Below, piece by piece: positions 29,196 to 39,638 of a stretch of 64,000 nt of DNA. The stretch is from Bacillota bacterium (GTDB taxonomy: Bacteria; Bacillota_I; Bacilli_A; RF39; UBA660). Where the stretch lies: positions 786-64,785 of the forward strand of contig JAEWBI010000045.1 in the NCBI GenBank assembly GCA_023391185.1, written 5' to 3'. A program made the translations under genes and the position numbers. The notes below the pieces were generated by a model. It ran no database searches. It saw only the letters and a program-made list of their open reading frames with translations, and was not told the origin of the DNA. Position 1 is the first letter of the stretch; every line of letters begins with the position of its first letter.

Positions 29196-31781
29196 ATGAG
29201 AGAGAATAAAGGTTTTACTCTAGTAGAAATGCTAGGGGTACTTATTATATTGATAGTGGTATTTATGATAATGTTCCCTTCACTTACTAAAATAATAAAA
29301 GATACTAATGATAAAATAGATAATGCTACAATAACGGTTATAGAAGATGCGACAACTGATTTTTTATTAGAAAAAAATGATATATATCCTAAGAATGATG
29401 ATTATACTTATTGTATAACTATTGAACAACTTATTGATAATGGAAATTTAACTAATAAAGAGATATCATCTTTAGATGATACAGATAAGTTTGTTAAAAC
29501 AACTTTTGAAAATGGAAAAAGTGTATATGTTTTAACTGATACATGTACAGTTTCAAAACCTAATATTGAGTTTGCACTTATTGGTAATAACAATATGTCT
29601 TTTGAAGTCGGGGTAGGAGGACAATATGTTGAACCTGGTGCAAATGCTAAAAATAAGGCTGGGGAAGTAGTAAGTTATGTAACAGAAATTATTAATAAAA
29701 ATAAGGTGACAGTTGCATATGTTGATACCACTAAAATAGGTGTTTATACTGTAAAATATATTGCAACAATAGATGGAAAAGATTATGCGATTGAAAGAAT
29801 AGTCAAGGTAATTGATACGACTTCGCCAACCATTACAGTAAATCCAACTACTGAAACTATATCTGTTACAAATAAAACATATAATGTTCTAAGTGGAGTG
29901 ACCTCATCAGATAATAGTGGTGTATCTCCAAAAATAACAGCTAGTACTAATTTAAGTTTAGGACAAACTGGAAATTATACTATAACATACACAGCTATAG
30001 ATTCTAGTGGTAATAAAACAACAGCAAAAAGAACCGTTATAATTTCTAGTGGATCACTTGTTAGTATATCAATAGGAGTAACTAGTGTAACACATGAAAT
30101 AAATTCTGGGGTTTATGTTGATCCAGCAGTTAATGCACAAGATATATCAGGTAATGATTTAACATTACAAATTGTTAAAACAATAAGAAAAAATGGTAAT
30201 ATTGTTAGTAGTGTTGATGTTGATAAGATAGAAAAATACTATATAACATATAGTATTACTAGAGAAAATGTAACATATAGTGAGACAAGGACTGTCAATA
30301 TAGTCGATACCACTAAGCCAGTTATAACAGGTGCAGGTGACACTAACATATATGTTACAGATAATACTTACAATGTTATGGCTGGAGTATCAGTAACAGA
30401 TAATAGCGGCGAGATTATTACAATTAATACTGTATCTAATTTAACATTGGGTATTGTTGGCAGTTACAGTGTAACTTATACAGCGACAGACTCATCAGGT
30501 AATACAGCAACAGTTATAAGAATAATAAATGTTTTAGATAATATTTTACCAACTATAGCTTTTAGTAGGAACGGAACTGGTGAATATTTTAAAAATAGTA
30601 GTACAATAGTGACAGTTAGTGATAATGTTGCGGTGAATGCAAGTAGTTTAAAATATTTATGGAGTACAAGTACTAGCACTCCTTCTGAATCTTCATTTGT
30701 AACATCCTTTTCAAATGGTGGAACAATTAATACACCAACAGAAGTAACAGGAATTTATTATTTATGGGTTTTAGGAAAAGATAGTAGTGGAAATATGAAA
30801 ATTACAAGTAGTGGTGCCTTTTATGTTGATAATACTGCCCCTGCGATTACTTTGAATGGCTCAAATTCAATTTCAATTTATGTTAATACAGCTTATAATG
30901 AATTAGGTGCAAATGCAACTGATGCACATAGTGGTATTAGTGGAAACATAATGATAACGGGAACAGTAAATACATCTTCACCAGGAGTTTATTCATTAAC
31001 ATATAGAGCAATTGATTGGGCTGGAAATTATTCTGCTCAATTAACTAGAACTGTAACAGTAAAACCTTATACAGTATATGCAAATGGTACAGCAGTATAT
31101 TTTAATCCAGTAAGTGGAGCAAAATGTACATCGGGTGAAGCAGTAAGTACAACCGGTACTAAAACAGGATGTATGAAATGGTTCGCATTTATTGATGGCG
31201 GCTCAACAACTAGTACTATTAATTTAATCTTAGATCATAATACATCCGCATCAGTAGCTTGGAATTCATCAGGATATAATACAAGTGGTCCAAGCAATGT
31301 TACGACACAGCTTAAAACAGATACTAGTTCTTGGGCAGGAGTACCTACAAGAACTGACAATTATGTATTAAGCAACGGAACAGCGAGTTATACAATAAAT
31401 TACAGCACATATAAAGCTAGATTAATAAAGGCAAGTGAAATAGCAACCATTACGGGCAATGCTGCTTTTGTTGAGACGACATCAACTTCTTCAAGTTACT
31501 TTTATTTAGATAGTAATAATCAAACACAAACAGCAACCACAACAGGTGCTAGTAGATTTGCATGGTTATTTAATTATACTAAGGATTGTACTGGATATGG
31601 ATGTAGTATTGCTGATGCTAGTGTCTGGGGTTATTGGACTTCTACTGCTGTTGCTAGTAATAACACCTATGCTTGGCGCGTTTCTTGTTATGGCAGATTT
31701 GACTTTGACAACAAAGGAGTTAGTGCCAGTTATTCTGGTGTACGTCCTGTTATAACAATATCAAAAGTATTACTAGATTAA
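29196..31781 (+). CDS. giant (861-aa) modular type IV prepilin: pilin module, about six Ig-like repeats, lectin-like C-terminal module
   Basis: MRENKG/FTLVEMLGVLIILIVVF. Extended -10 TGTTATAAT and SD GGTGAT-AGT-ATG. Repeats of the type DTT[SK]P.IT...YNV..GV...DNSG......N....G.Y..TYTA.DSSGN. The C-terminus is paralogous to the 10455 product. Confidence 0.88.
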   Translation: MRENKGFTLVEMLGVLIILIVVFMIMFPSLTKIIKDTNDKIDNATITVIEDATTDFLLEKNDIYPKNDDYTYCITIEQLIDNGNLTNKEISSLDDTDKFVKTTFENGKSVYVLTDTCTVSKPNIEFALIGNNNMSFEVGVGGQYVEPGANAKNKAGEVVSYVTEIINKNKVTVAYVDTTKIGVYTVKYIATIDGKDYAIERIVKVIDTTSPTITVNPTTETISVTNKTYNVLSGVTSSDNSGVSPKITASTNLSLGQTGNYTITYTAIDSSGNKTTAKRTVIISSGSLVSISIGVTSVTHEINSGVYVDPAVNAQDISGNDLTLQIVKTIRKNGNIVSSVDVDKIEKYYITYSITRENVTYSETRTVNIVDTTKPVITGAGDTNIYVTDNTYNVMAGVSVTDNSGEIITINTVSNLTLGIVGSYSVTYTATDSSGNTATVIRIINVLDNILPTIAFSRNGTGEYFKNSSTIVTVSDNVAVNASSLKYLWSTSTSTPSESSFVTSFSNGGTINTPTEVTGIYYLWVLGKDSSGNMKITSSGAFYVDNTAPAITLNGSNSISIYVNTAYNELGANATDAHSGISGNIMITGTVNTSSPGVYSLTYRAIDWAGNYSAQLTRTVTVKPYTVYANGTAVYFNPVSGAKCTSGEAVSTTGTKTGCMKWFAFIDGGSTTSTINLILDHNTSASVAWNSSGYNTSGPSNVTTQLKTDTSSWAGVPTRTDNYVLSNGTASYTINYSTYKARLIKASEIATITGNAAFVETTSTSSSYFYLDSNNQTQTATTTGASRFAWLFNYTKDCTGYGCSIADASVWGYWTSTAVASNNTYAWRVSCYGRFDFDNKGVSASYSGVRPVITISKVLLD
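31082..31778 (+). repeat. dispersed ~0.7-kb paralogous coding module (copy 2 of 2; the partner is 10885-11579)
   Basis: See 10885-11579. Confidence 0.8.
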
Positions 31782-31813
31782 AATAAAAAGTAAAATTTTC
31801 AAAGTAATAAACT

Positions 31814-31851
31814 AAAAGTAGACATATCAAATAAGATATAGTCTACTTTTT
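31814..31851. terminator. bidirectional terminator between convergent genes
   Basis: AAAAGTAGACATAT-loop-ATATAGTCTACTTTT. Confidence 0.75.
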
Positions 31852-31913
31852 GTATAGCTTTAAATTATTAATAAGAACTTTTGAAGAACCTGTTTATAAT
31901 ATTAGTAATTTAT

Positions 31914-33203
31914 TTATTTTTTTATTTTCTTTACATTCCATAAATCATAACATGTAACAAAGATAATACCAAAGATGATTGATATAACAAGACCCCACAT
32001 ACCTATTCTAAATGTTGTAAATAGAGCTAGTGCAGAAGTTTTTATAATAATGCCTATCAATGTTCCATACATGCTTATTTTTGCTTTTCCCATGGCTTGT
32101 AAACTCGCTGAAAGGGGGGATTGAATATATTGCAGTAAAAATACAGGAGCAAGAATTTTTACATAGTTTATACCTTCGTCAGTATTATAAATAAATTTTA
32201 GAAAGAATTCTGGATAATTAAATAATACTACTGTTACAGGAATACCAACAATTAATGAGAAAAAGATTGCTTGTTTAATTTTTCTTCTAACATTAATCAT
32301 ATCTTTACAGACATAACTTTTAGAGATTACAGGTATTAAAGCCTGACTAATAGCCATTGTAAAAAAAGAAGGTAAAAGAAGCATAGGTAAAACATAACCA
32401 TTTATTACCCCATACTCTCTTGTTATAAAAGAACTACTATAACTTAAACTTAATAATATATTAGTAAGAATTATTGGTTCAAAAAAATAACCTATATTTC
32501 CAATTAATCTACTTATAGTAGTGGGTATACTTATACTAAATACACTGGACAAATTATTTTTATTTGGTATTAAATCGTTCTTTTGTATTTTAAAGTTCTT
32601 TGGCAGAAAGAAGAATAAAATGAGAATAGATGTAAGTTCGCTTACAACATTTGAAAGTATTATAAATGCAATCGCATAGTCTAGTCCCTTTAATAAAAAA
32701 ACTGGAACTCCTAGAAAAATAATAATTAATCTAACTACATCTTCAACTATGTTTGATATAACATGAGGGAACATTCTTTGTTTACCAAAAAAGTAACCCC
32801 TAAGAATACTTGATATACTTATAAATGGTAAAACAAACCCAATGCAAATAAGACCATATCTAGTATTGCTTTCATGTAGTAAATTATTTGATATAAAGCT
32901 ACTAGAAATTATTAATATAAATATAATAATTAGATTTAAGATTAATGATATAGGAATAGTAGTAAAAACTAAATTCTTATTATTTTTAGTTTCTTCAGCT
33001 ACTAATTTTGATATGGCAACAGGAAACCCTAATTGAGCAAATGCTATAAGTAAGCTGAAAGTAGGCATAATAAGCATATAAGTTCCTATACCCTCAGTGC
33101 CTAAAATTCTAGTCATGACTATTTTTATTATCATACCTAGTATTTTAGTAACAAGTCCTCCAATTAGTAATATAAATGTTGATTTAATAAATTTATTTTT
33201 CAT
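31914..33203 (-). CDS. MOP-superfamily flippase (polysaccharide biosynthesis protein / SpoVB-MurJ-like)
   Basis: About 12 TM helices. N-terminus FILLIGGLVTKILGMIIKIVMTRILGTEGIGTY is typical of the family. At 429 aa it is shorter than usual. Confidence 0.65.
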   Translation of the reverse strand: MKNKFIKSTFILLIGGLVTKILGMIIKIVMTRILGTEGIGTYMLIMPTFSLLIAFAQLGFPVAISKLVAEETKNNKNLVFTTIPISLILNLIIIFILIISSSFISNNLLHESNTRYGLICIGFVLPFISISSILRGYFFGKQRMFPHVISNIVEDVVRLIIIFLGVPVFLLKGLDYAIAFIILSNVVSELTSILILFFFLPKNFKIQKNDLIPNKNNLSSVFSISIPTTISRLIGNIGYFFEPIILTNILLSLSYSSSFITREYGVINGYVLPMLLLPSFFTMAISQALIPVISKSYVCKDMINVRRKIKQAIFFSLIVGIPVTVVLFNYPEFFLKFIYNTDEGINYVKILAPVFLLQYIQSPLSASLQAMGKAKISMYGTLIGIIIKTSALALFTTFRIGMWGLVISIIFGIIFVTCYDLWNVKKIKK

Positions 33204-33419
33204 GATTCACCTTAGTTATTTATATGCTTGTCAGCCTATATTTATGGTTATATAATTTAATTTGCATATATAAAAAGTAATGAGTATCATATGTAAAAAA
33301 TAGATTATATTAAAAAATGTACACCAAAAGTACATAATTCTAAAAAAGATATTGTTTTTTTATTTTTTGATAGTAAAATGTAATTAGAGTTTAATACATT
33401 ATAGAAAATGGTGAGTGTA

Positions 33420-33833
33420 ATGAAAGATAGTAAGGGCTTCGGATTAGTAGAGTTAATGATTGTACTTGCGATAGTTGTTTTTATACTAGATATAAGTATT
33501 CCAAAAGTCCAATCATATATTAGTAATAAAAAAGAACATGAAGATAATAGTGCTGTTTTAGAAGTAGCAGTATATAATGTAAAAACATATATTAACGAAC
33601 TTAATAAAAGTTTGATTTTGGATCTTAAAGATAGTGGAAGCTATTATGTTTCCGATATGAAAGTTACAATTAAGGGGACGCTTCCTAGTGGTGATAGTTG
33701 GATTGTTATTGATGATAACAAAGTTATTCAGGGTTTGTTTAAACAACCTTGTGGTAAAAGTTATGCATATATTAGTTATGATGGAGAACAATACGAGATA
33801 TTAGAGGATGCAGAGTTAACAGTTAAACCATAA
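33420..33833 (+). CDS. small type IV prepilin (137 aa), candidate major pilin or pseudopilin
   Basis: MKDSKG/FGLVELMIVLAIVVFILDISIPK with Glu+5. SD GGTGAG. Confidence 0.8.
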   Translation: MKDSKGFGLVELMIVLAIVVFILDISIPKVQSYISNKKEHEDNSAVLEVAVYNVKTYINELNKSLILDLKDSGSYYVSDMKVTIKGTLPSGDSWIVIDDNKVIQGLFKQPCGKSYAYISYDGEQYEILEDAELTVKP

Positions 33834-33895
33834 AAAAATTATATAAATAGTTAGTGTATTTATATATAAAGTATTAAGAATTAAGAGGTGTTTTT

Positions 33896-34831
33896 GTGTT
33901 ACATAATGAATTAAATAAAAAGTCAGTTAAATTCAAAGAAAAAATTCCAACGATGCTTAAAGTATTTATGATTTTTCCAGCTATTCTTGTAACTTTACCA
34001 TTTTTGTTGATTGTTTTTTTAAATTTATCAAATTTATGGTTTTTGCCATTTGCACTAGGATGGTGCGCTTTAGTTTTTTTAACCATGTTTTATCGCTTTA
34101 ATTTGGTATCAAGAATAATACTTACTGATGAAAAAATAATTGTACCTAATAGGGGTTATCATAGACATTCTAGTGATGTAAGTGGAACTGTAATTATACG
34201 AAATGGGCAAATTATGATACCTTTTAAAGAATTATTAGAAATTAATGTAAAAGAAAAAACAATTTATTTAACATATAAGGGTTTATCTAATAACATAGTA
34301 TTAAATCTTTCTAATAGCAAAAAGTTTATTTTAACGCTAAACAAAAAACTATTAGCACAAGGAATAAATATTCCAATAAATATAAATGAAACCGAAACTT
34401 ACAAGAATAACACTTTGCAGTTTAATAATAATACATTAAAGAACATGCCTACAATAATACTATTTATAATTTTTTTTGCATATCCTAATTTTGCTGGTTT
34501 TTATGATATTTTGAATGGACACTTAATTGATAGTCTTATTTCTACGGTATTAACTGCTTTAGTAACTATTATGTTTTTTACTGTTATCTTTATATATAAA
34601 GATACATTAACACTTTCTAATGAAGGAATTATTCAATCAACTAAAATAGGGGATATTGATTTAGGAGAGAAAAAAATTCTTTATACAGATATCGTCAAAA
34701 TAAAAGAAACAAATTGGAGAGTTGATATTAGAATAAAATCAAAAGGATATATTTATTTTGTTCCAACAAACAAAAAACAGTTTTATTTAGAACTATGTAA
34801 GAGAGTTGATAAATTAAATAATAAAATATAA
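33896..34831 (+). CDS. membrane protein with two (2xTM + soluble, bPH-like?) halves
   Basis: GTG start with SD AGAGGTG. Two TM hairpins, each followed by a ~90-aa soluble segment. Confidence 0.5.
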   Translation: MLHNELNKKSVKFKEKIPTMLKVFMIFPAILVTLPFLLIVFLNLSNLWFLPFALGWCALVFLTMFYRFNLVSRIILTDEKIIVPNRGYHRHSSDVSGTVIIRNGQIMIPFKELLEINVKEKTIYLTYKGLSNNIVLNLSNSKKFILTLNKKLLAQGINIPININETETYKNNTLQFNNNTLKNMPTIILFIIFFAYPNFAGFYDILNGHLIDSLISTVLTALVTIMFFTVIFIYKDTLTLSNEGIIQSTKIGDIDLGEKKILYTDIVKIKETNWRVDIRIKSKGYIYFVPTNKKQFYLELCKRVDKLNNKI

Positions 34832-34880
34832 AAGTGTTAGAAATTTTAAATCTAATATAAAAAAATGAGTAATTTTTAAT

Positions 34881-36752
34881 TTACTCATTTATTTTATATA
34901 TAAATAATTTGTCTAATGTTCTAGTATAAGCTACATATTTTTCGGTTAAACTATAATTTTCTTCAATAACTAATACTCTGGAAAATTCTAATCCTTTAGC
35001 TGTTTTGACACTATATACTTCATAATCCTTGCTTCTTAATTTTTCTTCTAATTCGATATCCTTTGTAATTATTACAATATCTTTATTACTAAAACTTTCA
35101 AGTATATTATCATATACTTCTTTTTTATTTATATTAGAGATACTTACTTCATCACTATTAATACCCATTGAAATCATTTTGTTAGAAATAAACTGATTAC
35201 AATAATTAGTTATCTGTTTACTATTACGATAGTTTTCTTGTAATTTATAATTTAATACTTTATCAGTATAGAGGATTTCTTTAATTAAACAATTTAATCC
35301 ATCTATACTTTTTTTATCAATATATTTTAAGATATTTTGATTAACATCACCGTATAAATTCAAATGAGGACCTTTTTCCATATTAGCAATTAATCTAAAT
35401 TCATTATCACTATAATCTTGCATTTCATCTATAAACATATATTTGTAATCGTTATAAGTTGTGAATCCGTATTTCTGATATAACCAAAGTATTATATAAA
35501 TATAACATTTATTGCATCTATCTTTATTAATATAATTCTTTATATTTAATCCGAATTTCTTTGATAAATCATGATATATAATATCAAGTAGTTTTTTTAA
35601 ATTATCTTTTTTTAAATATTTTTTTGTTAACCCTTGTAATTCTAAAAGTTTATTTTTTTCATCTAGTGTTTTCCAGTATGAACTGTTAAGTAATTTTTTT
35701 ATCATGTTATCATTACTAGTTATAGATGATAGTATTTTGTTTTTATCAAAAATTAGTTTATTATTTGTTTTAATAAGTTCTTGATACTCTTTAAAATAGT
35801 TATTTATTATTTCGTCCAGGTAATTTAGAAAAATATCACTATAAATAAACTTTAACATATCTTCGTTTTCATCATCTTTATCTACTATTTTAACTTTAAA
35901 AGAGGGGATATAAGTTCTAATTTTTTCTAAATAGTATTCTTCCATAGGTAGCATTTTAATTGTTGTAAGCGATAAACTTCTATTTATTTTAGAAAGTTTT
36001 GATTGAAATATTCTAGACGGAGTAATAAAAACTAATTTGCTTTTATTCATATCTTTATAATTATAAAGTAAATATGAGAGTCTGTGTAAAAGAACTACTG
36101 TTTTACCAGAGCCAGCCACACCCTGAACAATACTATTAGTAAATAAGTCATCTCTAATAATAGAGTTTTGATTAGACTGTATTGTTTTAATTATATCGGT
36201 AAACTCATTACGAGTTTTTTTAGATTCAAGTACTTTTTGTAAGAAAGTATCTTGGATATTCATGTCAGATCCTCTTTTATAAGAATCATATATATTTATA
36301 AGAACTGAGTTATCAATTTCAATTTGTCGTTTTAAGTTCAATTCGAATTTACTATCCCCATAAGTAAAGTCATCTTGATTATTCATATAATATAAGTTAG
36401 CAACAGGACTTCGCCAATCATATACTAAGTTTTTCTTTTGGTCATCTATAATACTTTTCTCGCCAATATACATCATTAAATTTTCAATATCATCTTCTTC
36501 AATAATTTTTAAATCCATTCTACCAAAGTAGGGGTTATTTTTTGTATCATCAAATTCTTTTAAGATTCTACCTGAATTATATATTCGATTTTTACAATTT
36601 TGAAAATATTTACGTTCATCCCAATTAGGTGTACCAATATTTTCGACTTCCTTTTTTAGTTTTTCAGTAGTATCAATAGTTTTTTGGATTTTTTGTTCGA
36701 CAATGGCTAGTACTTCTTTTAAATAACCTTGTTCTTCTTTAAAGTCATCCAT
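34881..36752 (-). CDS. helD: HelD-type UvrD/Rep superfamily-1 helicase (RNA polymerase-associated)
   Basis: N-terminal coiled-coil arm plus PYFGRMDL...YIGEKSI...VYDWRSPVANLYY. Walker A GVAGSGKT, FIDEMQDYS, YRNSKQI, AKGLEFSRV, YVAYTRT. The start is at MDDF, with GAGGAGGA upstream. Confidence 0.8.
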   Translation of the reverse strand: MDDFKEEQGYLKEVLAIVEQKIQKTIDTTEKLKKEVENIGTPNWDERKYFQNCKNRIYNSGRILKEFDDTKNNPYFGRMDLKIIEEDDIENLMMYIGEKSIIDDQKKNLVYDWRSPVANLYYMNNQDDFTYGDSKFELNLKRQIEIDNSVLINIYDSYKRGSDMNIQDTFLQKVLESKKTRNEFTDIIKTIQSNQNSIIRDDLFTNSIVQGVAGSGKTVVLLHRLSYLLYNYKDMNKSKLVFITPSRIFQSKLSKINRSLSLTTIKMLPMEEYYLEKIRTYIPSFKVKIVDKDDENEDMLKFIYSDIFLNYLDEIINNYFKEYQELIKTNNKLIFDKNKILSSITSNDNMIKKLLNSSYWKTLDEKNKLLELQGLTKKYLKKDNLKKLLDIIYHDLSKKFGLNIKNYINKDRCNKCYIYIILWLYQKYGFTTYNDYKYMFIDEMQDYSDNEFRLIANMEKGPHLNLYGDVNQNILKYIDKKSIDGLNCLIKEILYTDKVLNYKLQENYRNSKQITNYCNQFISNKMISMGINSDEVSISNINKKEVYDNILESFSNKDIVIITKDIELEEKLRSKDYEVYSVKTAKGLEFSRVLVIEENYSLTEKYVAYTRTLDKLFIYKINE

Positions 36753-36956
36753 CTTTTTATCCTCCTCTAAACAACGCAAAAAACCACATTTTCATGTAGT
36801 ATGTAATTACATTTGTGGTTTTTGCAAAACGTCTATTTAATTATATAATGTATATAGGCTAAAAGCAATATAAATAAACAAAAATAATAGAAAATGCTTT
36901 TAAAAATTTATAAATTAATATATAATGTAACTAGGCATAAGCATGGAGGTATTTTT

Positions 36957-37226
36957 ATGGACATTGAATTTGGTTCATTAGAAGAACTTTATAAAAGATT
37001 AAAACCAGCTTTGAAAACCAAAACCGAGGAAATGCGTCGAGATGGCTTTGATTATATCAAAGAAGAAGATGTATGGAATTATTTAAAAGAAGTAAAATGG
37101 AAAACATCTAGAAATTTAAATTTATATCAAATGGTAAGTGATGTACTTAATATTGATAATATTTTAATTGATAGTTATTTAAAAGATAAACTTAATTCAA
37201 AAGATAGGAAAGTTTATTTTGAGTAG
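36957..37226 (+). CDS. comN: post-transcriptional regulator ComN/YrzD family
   Basis: A ~90-aa protein immediately upstream of secDF, as in B. subtilis. Contains the DVWNYL..VKW motif. Confidence 0.65.
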   Translation: MDIEFGSLEELYKRLKPALKTKTEEMRRDGFDYIKEEDVWNYLKEVKWKTSRNLNLYQMVSDVLNIDNILIDSYLKDKLNSKDRKVYFE

Positions 37227-37237
37227 GAGGAATTTAC

Positions 37238-39523
37238 ATGGTGAAGAAAGACAAGAATAATAATTTTAATTTTATAAAGAGTACATTAATAATAGCTGTT
37301 ATTTTAATAACAATTGGTTTAATTACTCCAACATTATTAAAGAATTTGAAATTTGGATTAGATTTACAAGGTGGTTTTGAAGTTTTATATCAAGTTGAAA
37401 GTTTAAATGGTGAAAAAGTTACTACTGATATGGTAACTAACACATATAAGACTATTTCTAAGAGAATCGATTCTCTTGGTGTTAGTGAACCAGAAATAGT
37501 TGTTGAAGGTGATGACCGCATCCGTGTTCAATTAGCCGGGGTTACTGATCCTGCTGACGCTCGTAAAACACTTAGTTCAGTGGCAAGTTTATCATTTCGT
37601 GACTCATCTGATAAATTACTTATGAGTAGTGATGTACTTAAAGCTGGTAGTGCTAAAATAGGGCAAGATGCAAGTGGTAATCCAGCTGTTTCACTTACTA
37701 TATCTGATAAAGATGAATTCTATAAGGTTACTAAAGAAATTAGTGAAACAAAAGATAAATTAATAGTAATATGGCTTGATTATGATGGAACTTCATCATA
37801 TGAAAAGCAAGCAGGAAAATGTGGTGGAGATAACGCAGCTGGCTGTTTAAGTGCTGCTACAGTATCACAAGGATTTGCTAGTGATGTTATTATTCAAGGA
37901 AATTTTACAAGTGATGAAGTATCAGAACTAGTTAGTTTAATTAATTCTGGATCTTTACCAACAAAACTATCAGAAATATCATCTAAAACAGTAGAGGCAT
38001 CATTTGGAGCTAATTCACTTGAACTTACTGCTAAAGCTGGTATTATGGGCGTAGCTGGAATTATGCTTATTATGATACTTATATATCATTTTGCTGGTTT
38101 TATAGCTAGTATTGGTATATTAATTTATACATTCTTAACATTTGTATCTTTCTGGTTATTTGGTGGAGTTCTTACTCTTCCTGGAATAGCAGCTTTAGTT
38201 ATAGGTATAGGTATGGCTGTTGATTCATGCGTTATATCATTTGCCAGAATAAAAGATGAACTTAAAGAAAACATAAGATTAGAGGGAGCTTATAGAAAGG
38301 GTAATCAAAACTCATTTATGGCTATCCTAGACTCTAATTTGACAACACTTATATCAGCAATCGTTTTATTTATACTTGGTGAAAGTAGTGTAAAAGGTTT
38401 TGCGACTATGTTAATTATAAGTACAATTGTTACAATGGTTATAATGGTATTCCTAACAAGAAATTTACTAGGATTATTTGTTAAAACAGGTATGTTTGAT
38501 AATAAATTAAATTTCTTTATTGGATTTAAGAAAAACAAGAAACCTAGAAAACAATTTAACTTTATAAAAATACGTAAAGTTGTATATGTTTATATGGCAT
38601 TACTTGTTATTGTAGGGGCTGTGTCATTATTTACTAATAAATTAACATTAGGAATTGACTTTAAAGGTGGTTCATCAATTGGTATTACTAGTGATGAAAA
38701 ACTAGATATTGATAAAATAGAATCCGAGCTTGAAGATATGGGATATACTTTATATGACTCAGAGGTAATTAGTGATAATAATGTAATTTTAAAGGTAGAA
38801 GATTCTTTTAATGAAGAAGAAGTATTAAAAACTGAAACTCATTTTAATGAAGAGTATAAAGCAACTACAACAATTGGTGTAGTTTCAAATATGGTTAAAA
38901 GAGACTTAGTTAAAAATGCTATTCTTGCTGTTATTGTAGCGATTTTTGCAATCCTTTTATATGTTTCATCTAGATTTAGATTCAGTTATGCTATAACAGC
39001 AATTATCGCATTATTACATGACGCCTTTGTTATAATAGTTGCATTTAGTTTATTAAAACTTGAAGTAACAAGTATCTTTATCGCAGCTATTTTATCAATT
39101 ATAGGATTCTCTGTTAATGATACAATCGTTTCATTTGACCGAGTTAGAGAAACTTTACATAATGAGAATGATGGCATAATCAAGTCGCCAAAACAACTTG
39201 AGGATGCTATCAATGAAGCAATAAATTTAACTTTAGTTAGATCTATAATTACTACACTTACAACTTTAATCCCTGTAGTAATGCTAATATTATTTGGGGC
39301 ACACGAAATAATTAACTTTAATATGGCTATGTTCTTTGGTTTAATAGCTGGTGTTTTATCTACAGTCTTTATTGCATGTCAATTATTCTATGAAATTGAA
39401 ATTAGAAGAATTGGTAAACCAGTTAAGAAAAAATGGTATGAAGAACCAGATGAAAAACCAAAAAAGAAAGATATGAAAAAAATAGATAAAGAAAAAAATA
39501 CAACTAAAAAGAAAACTAAATAG
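37238..39523 (+). CDS. secDF: protein translocase subunit SecDF (fused)
   Basis: 761 aa. Two 6-TM halves with periplasmic P1 domains. LGLDLQGG and GIDFKGG motifs. Confidence 0.92.
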   Translation: MVKKDKNNNFNFIKSTLIIAVILITIGLITPTLLKNLKFGLDLQGGFEVLYQVESLNGEKVTTDMVTNTYKTISKRIDSLGVSEPEIVVEGDDRIRVQLAGVTDPADARKTLSSVASLSFRDSSDKLLMSSDVLKAGSAKIGQDASGNPAVSLTISDKDEFYKVTKEISETKDKLIVIWLDYDGTSSYEKQAGKCGGDNAAGCLSAATVSQGFASDVIIQGNFTSDEVSELVSLINSGSLPTKLSEISSKTVEASFGANSLELTAKAGIMGVAGIMLIMILIYHFAGFIASIGILIYTFLTFVSFWLFGGVLTLPGIAALVIGIGMAVDSCVISFARIKDELKENIRLEGAYRKGNQNSFMAILDSNLTTLISAIVLFILGESSVKGFATMLIISTIVTMVIMVFLTRNLLGLFVKTGMFDNKLNFFIGFKKNKKPRKQFNFIKIRKVVYVYMALLVIVGAVSLFTNKLTLGIDFKGGSSIGITSDEKLDIDKIESELEDMGYTLYDSEVISDNNVILKVEDSFNEEEVLKTETHFNEEYKATTTIGVVSNMVKRDLVKNAILAVIVAIFAILLYVSSRFRFSYAITAIIALLHDAFVIIVAFSLLKLEVTSIFIAAILSIIGFSVNDTIVSFDRVRETLHNENDGIIKSPKQLEDAINEAINLTLVRSIITTLTTLIPVVMLILFGAHEIINFNMAMFFGLIAGVLSTVFIACQLFYEIEIRRIGKPVKKKWYEEPDEKPKKKDMKKIDKEKNTTKKKTK

Positions 39524-39638
39524 TTTTCTTTTTCTTATATAAAATAGAAAGATTAAAAGATGGTTATATGATTAATTATTCTTGATAAAGAATACTAATT
39601 ATTATATAATTGTTTTATTGGAAGTTACGGTGAACAGT

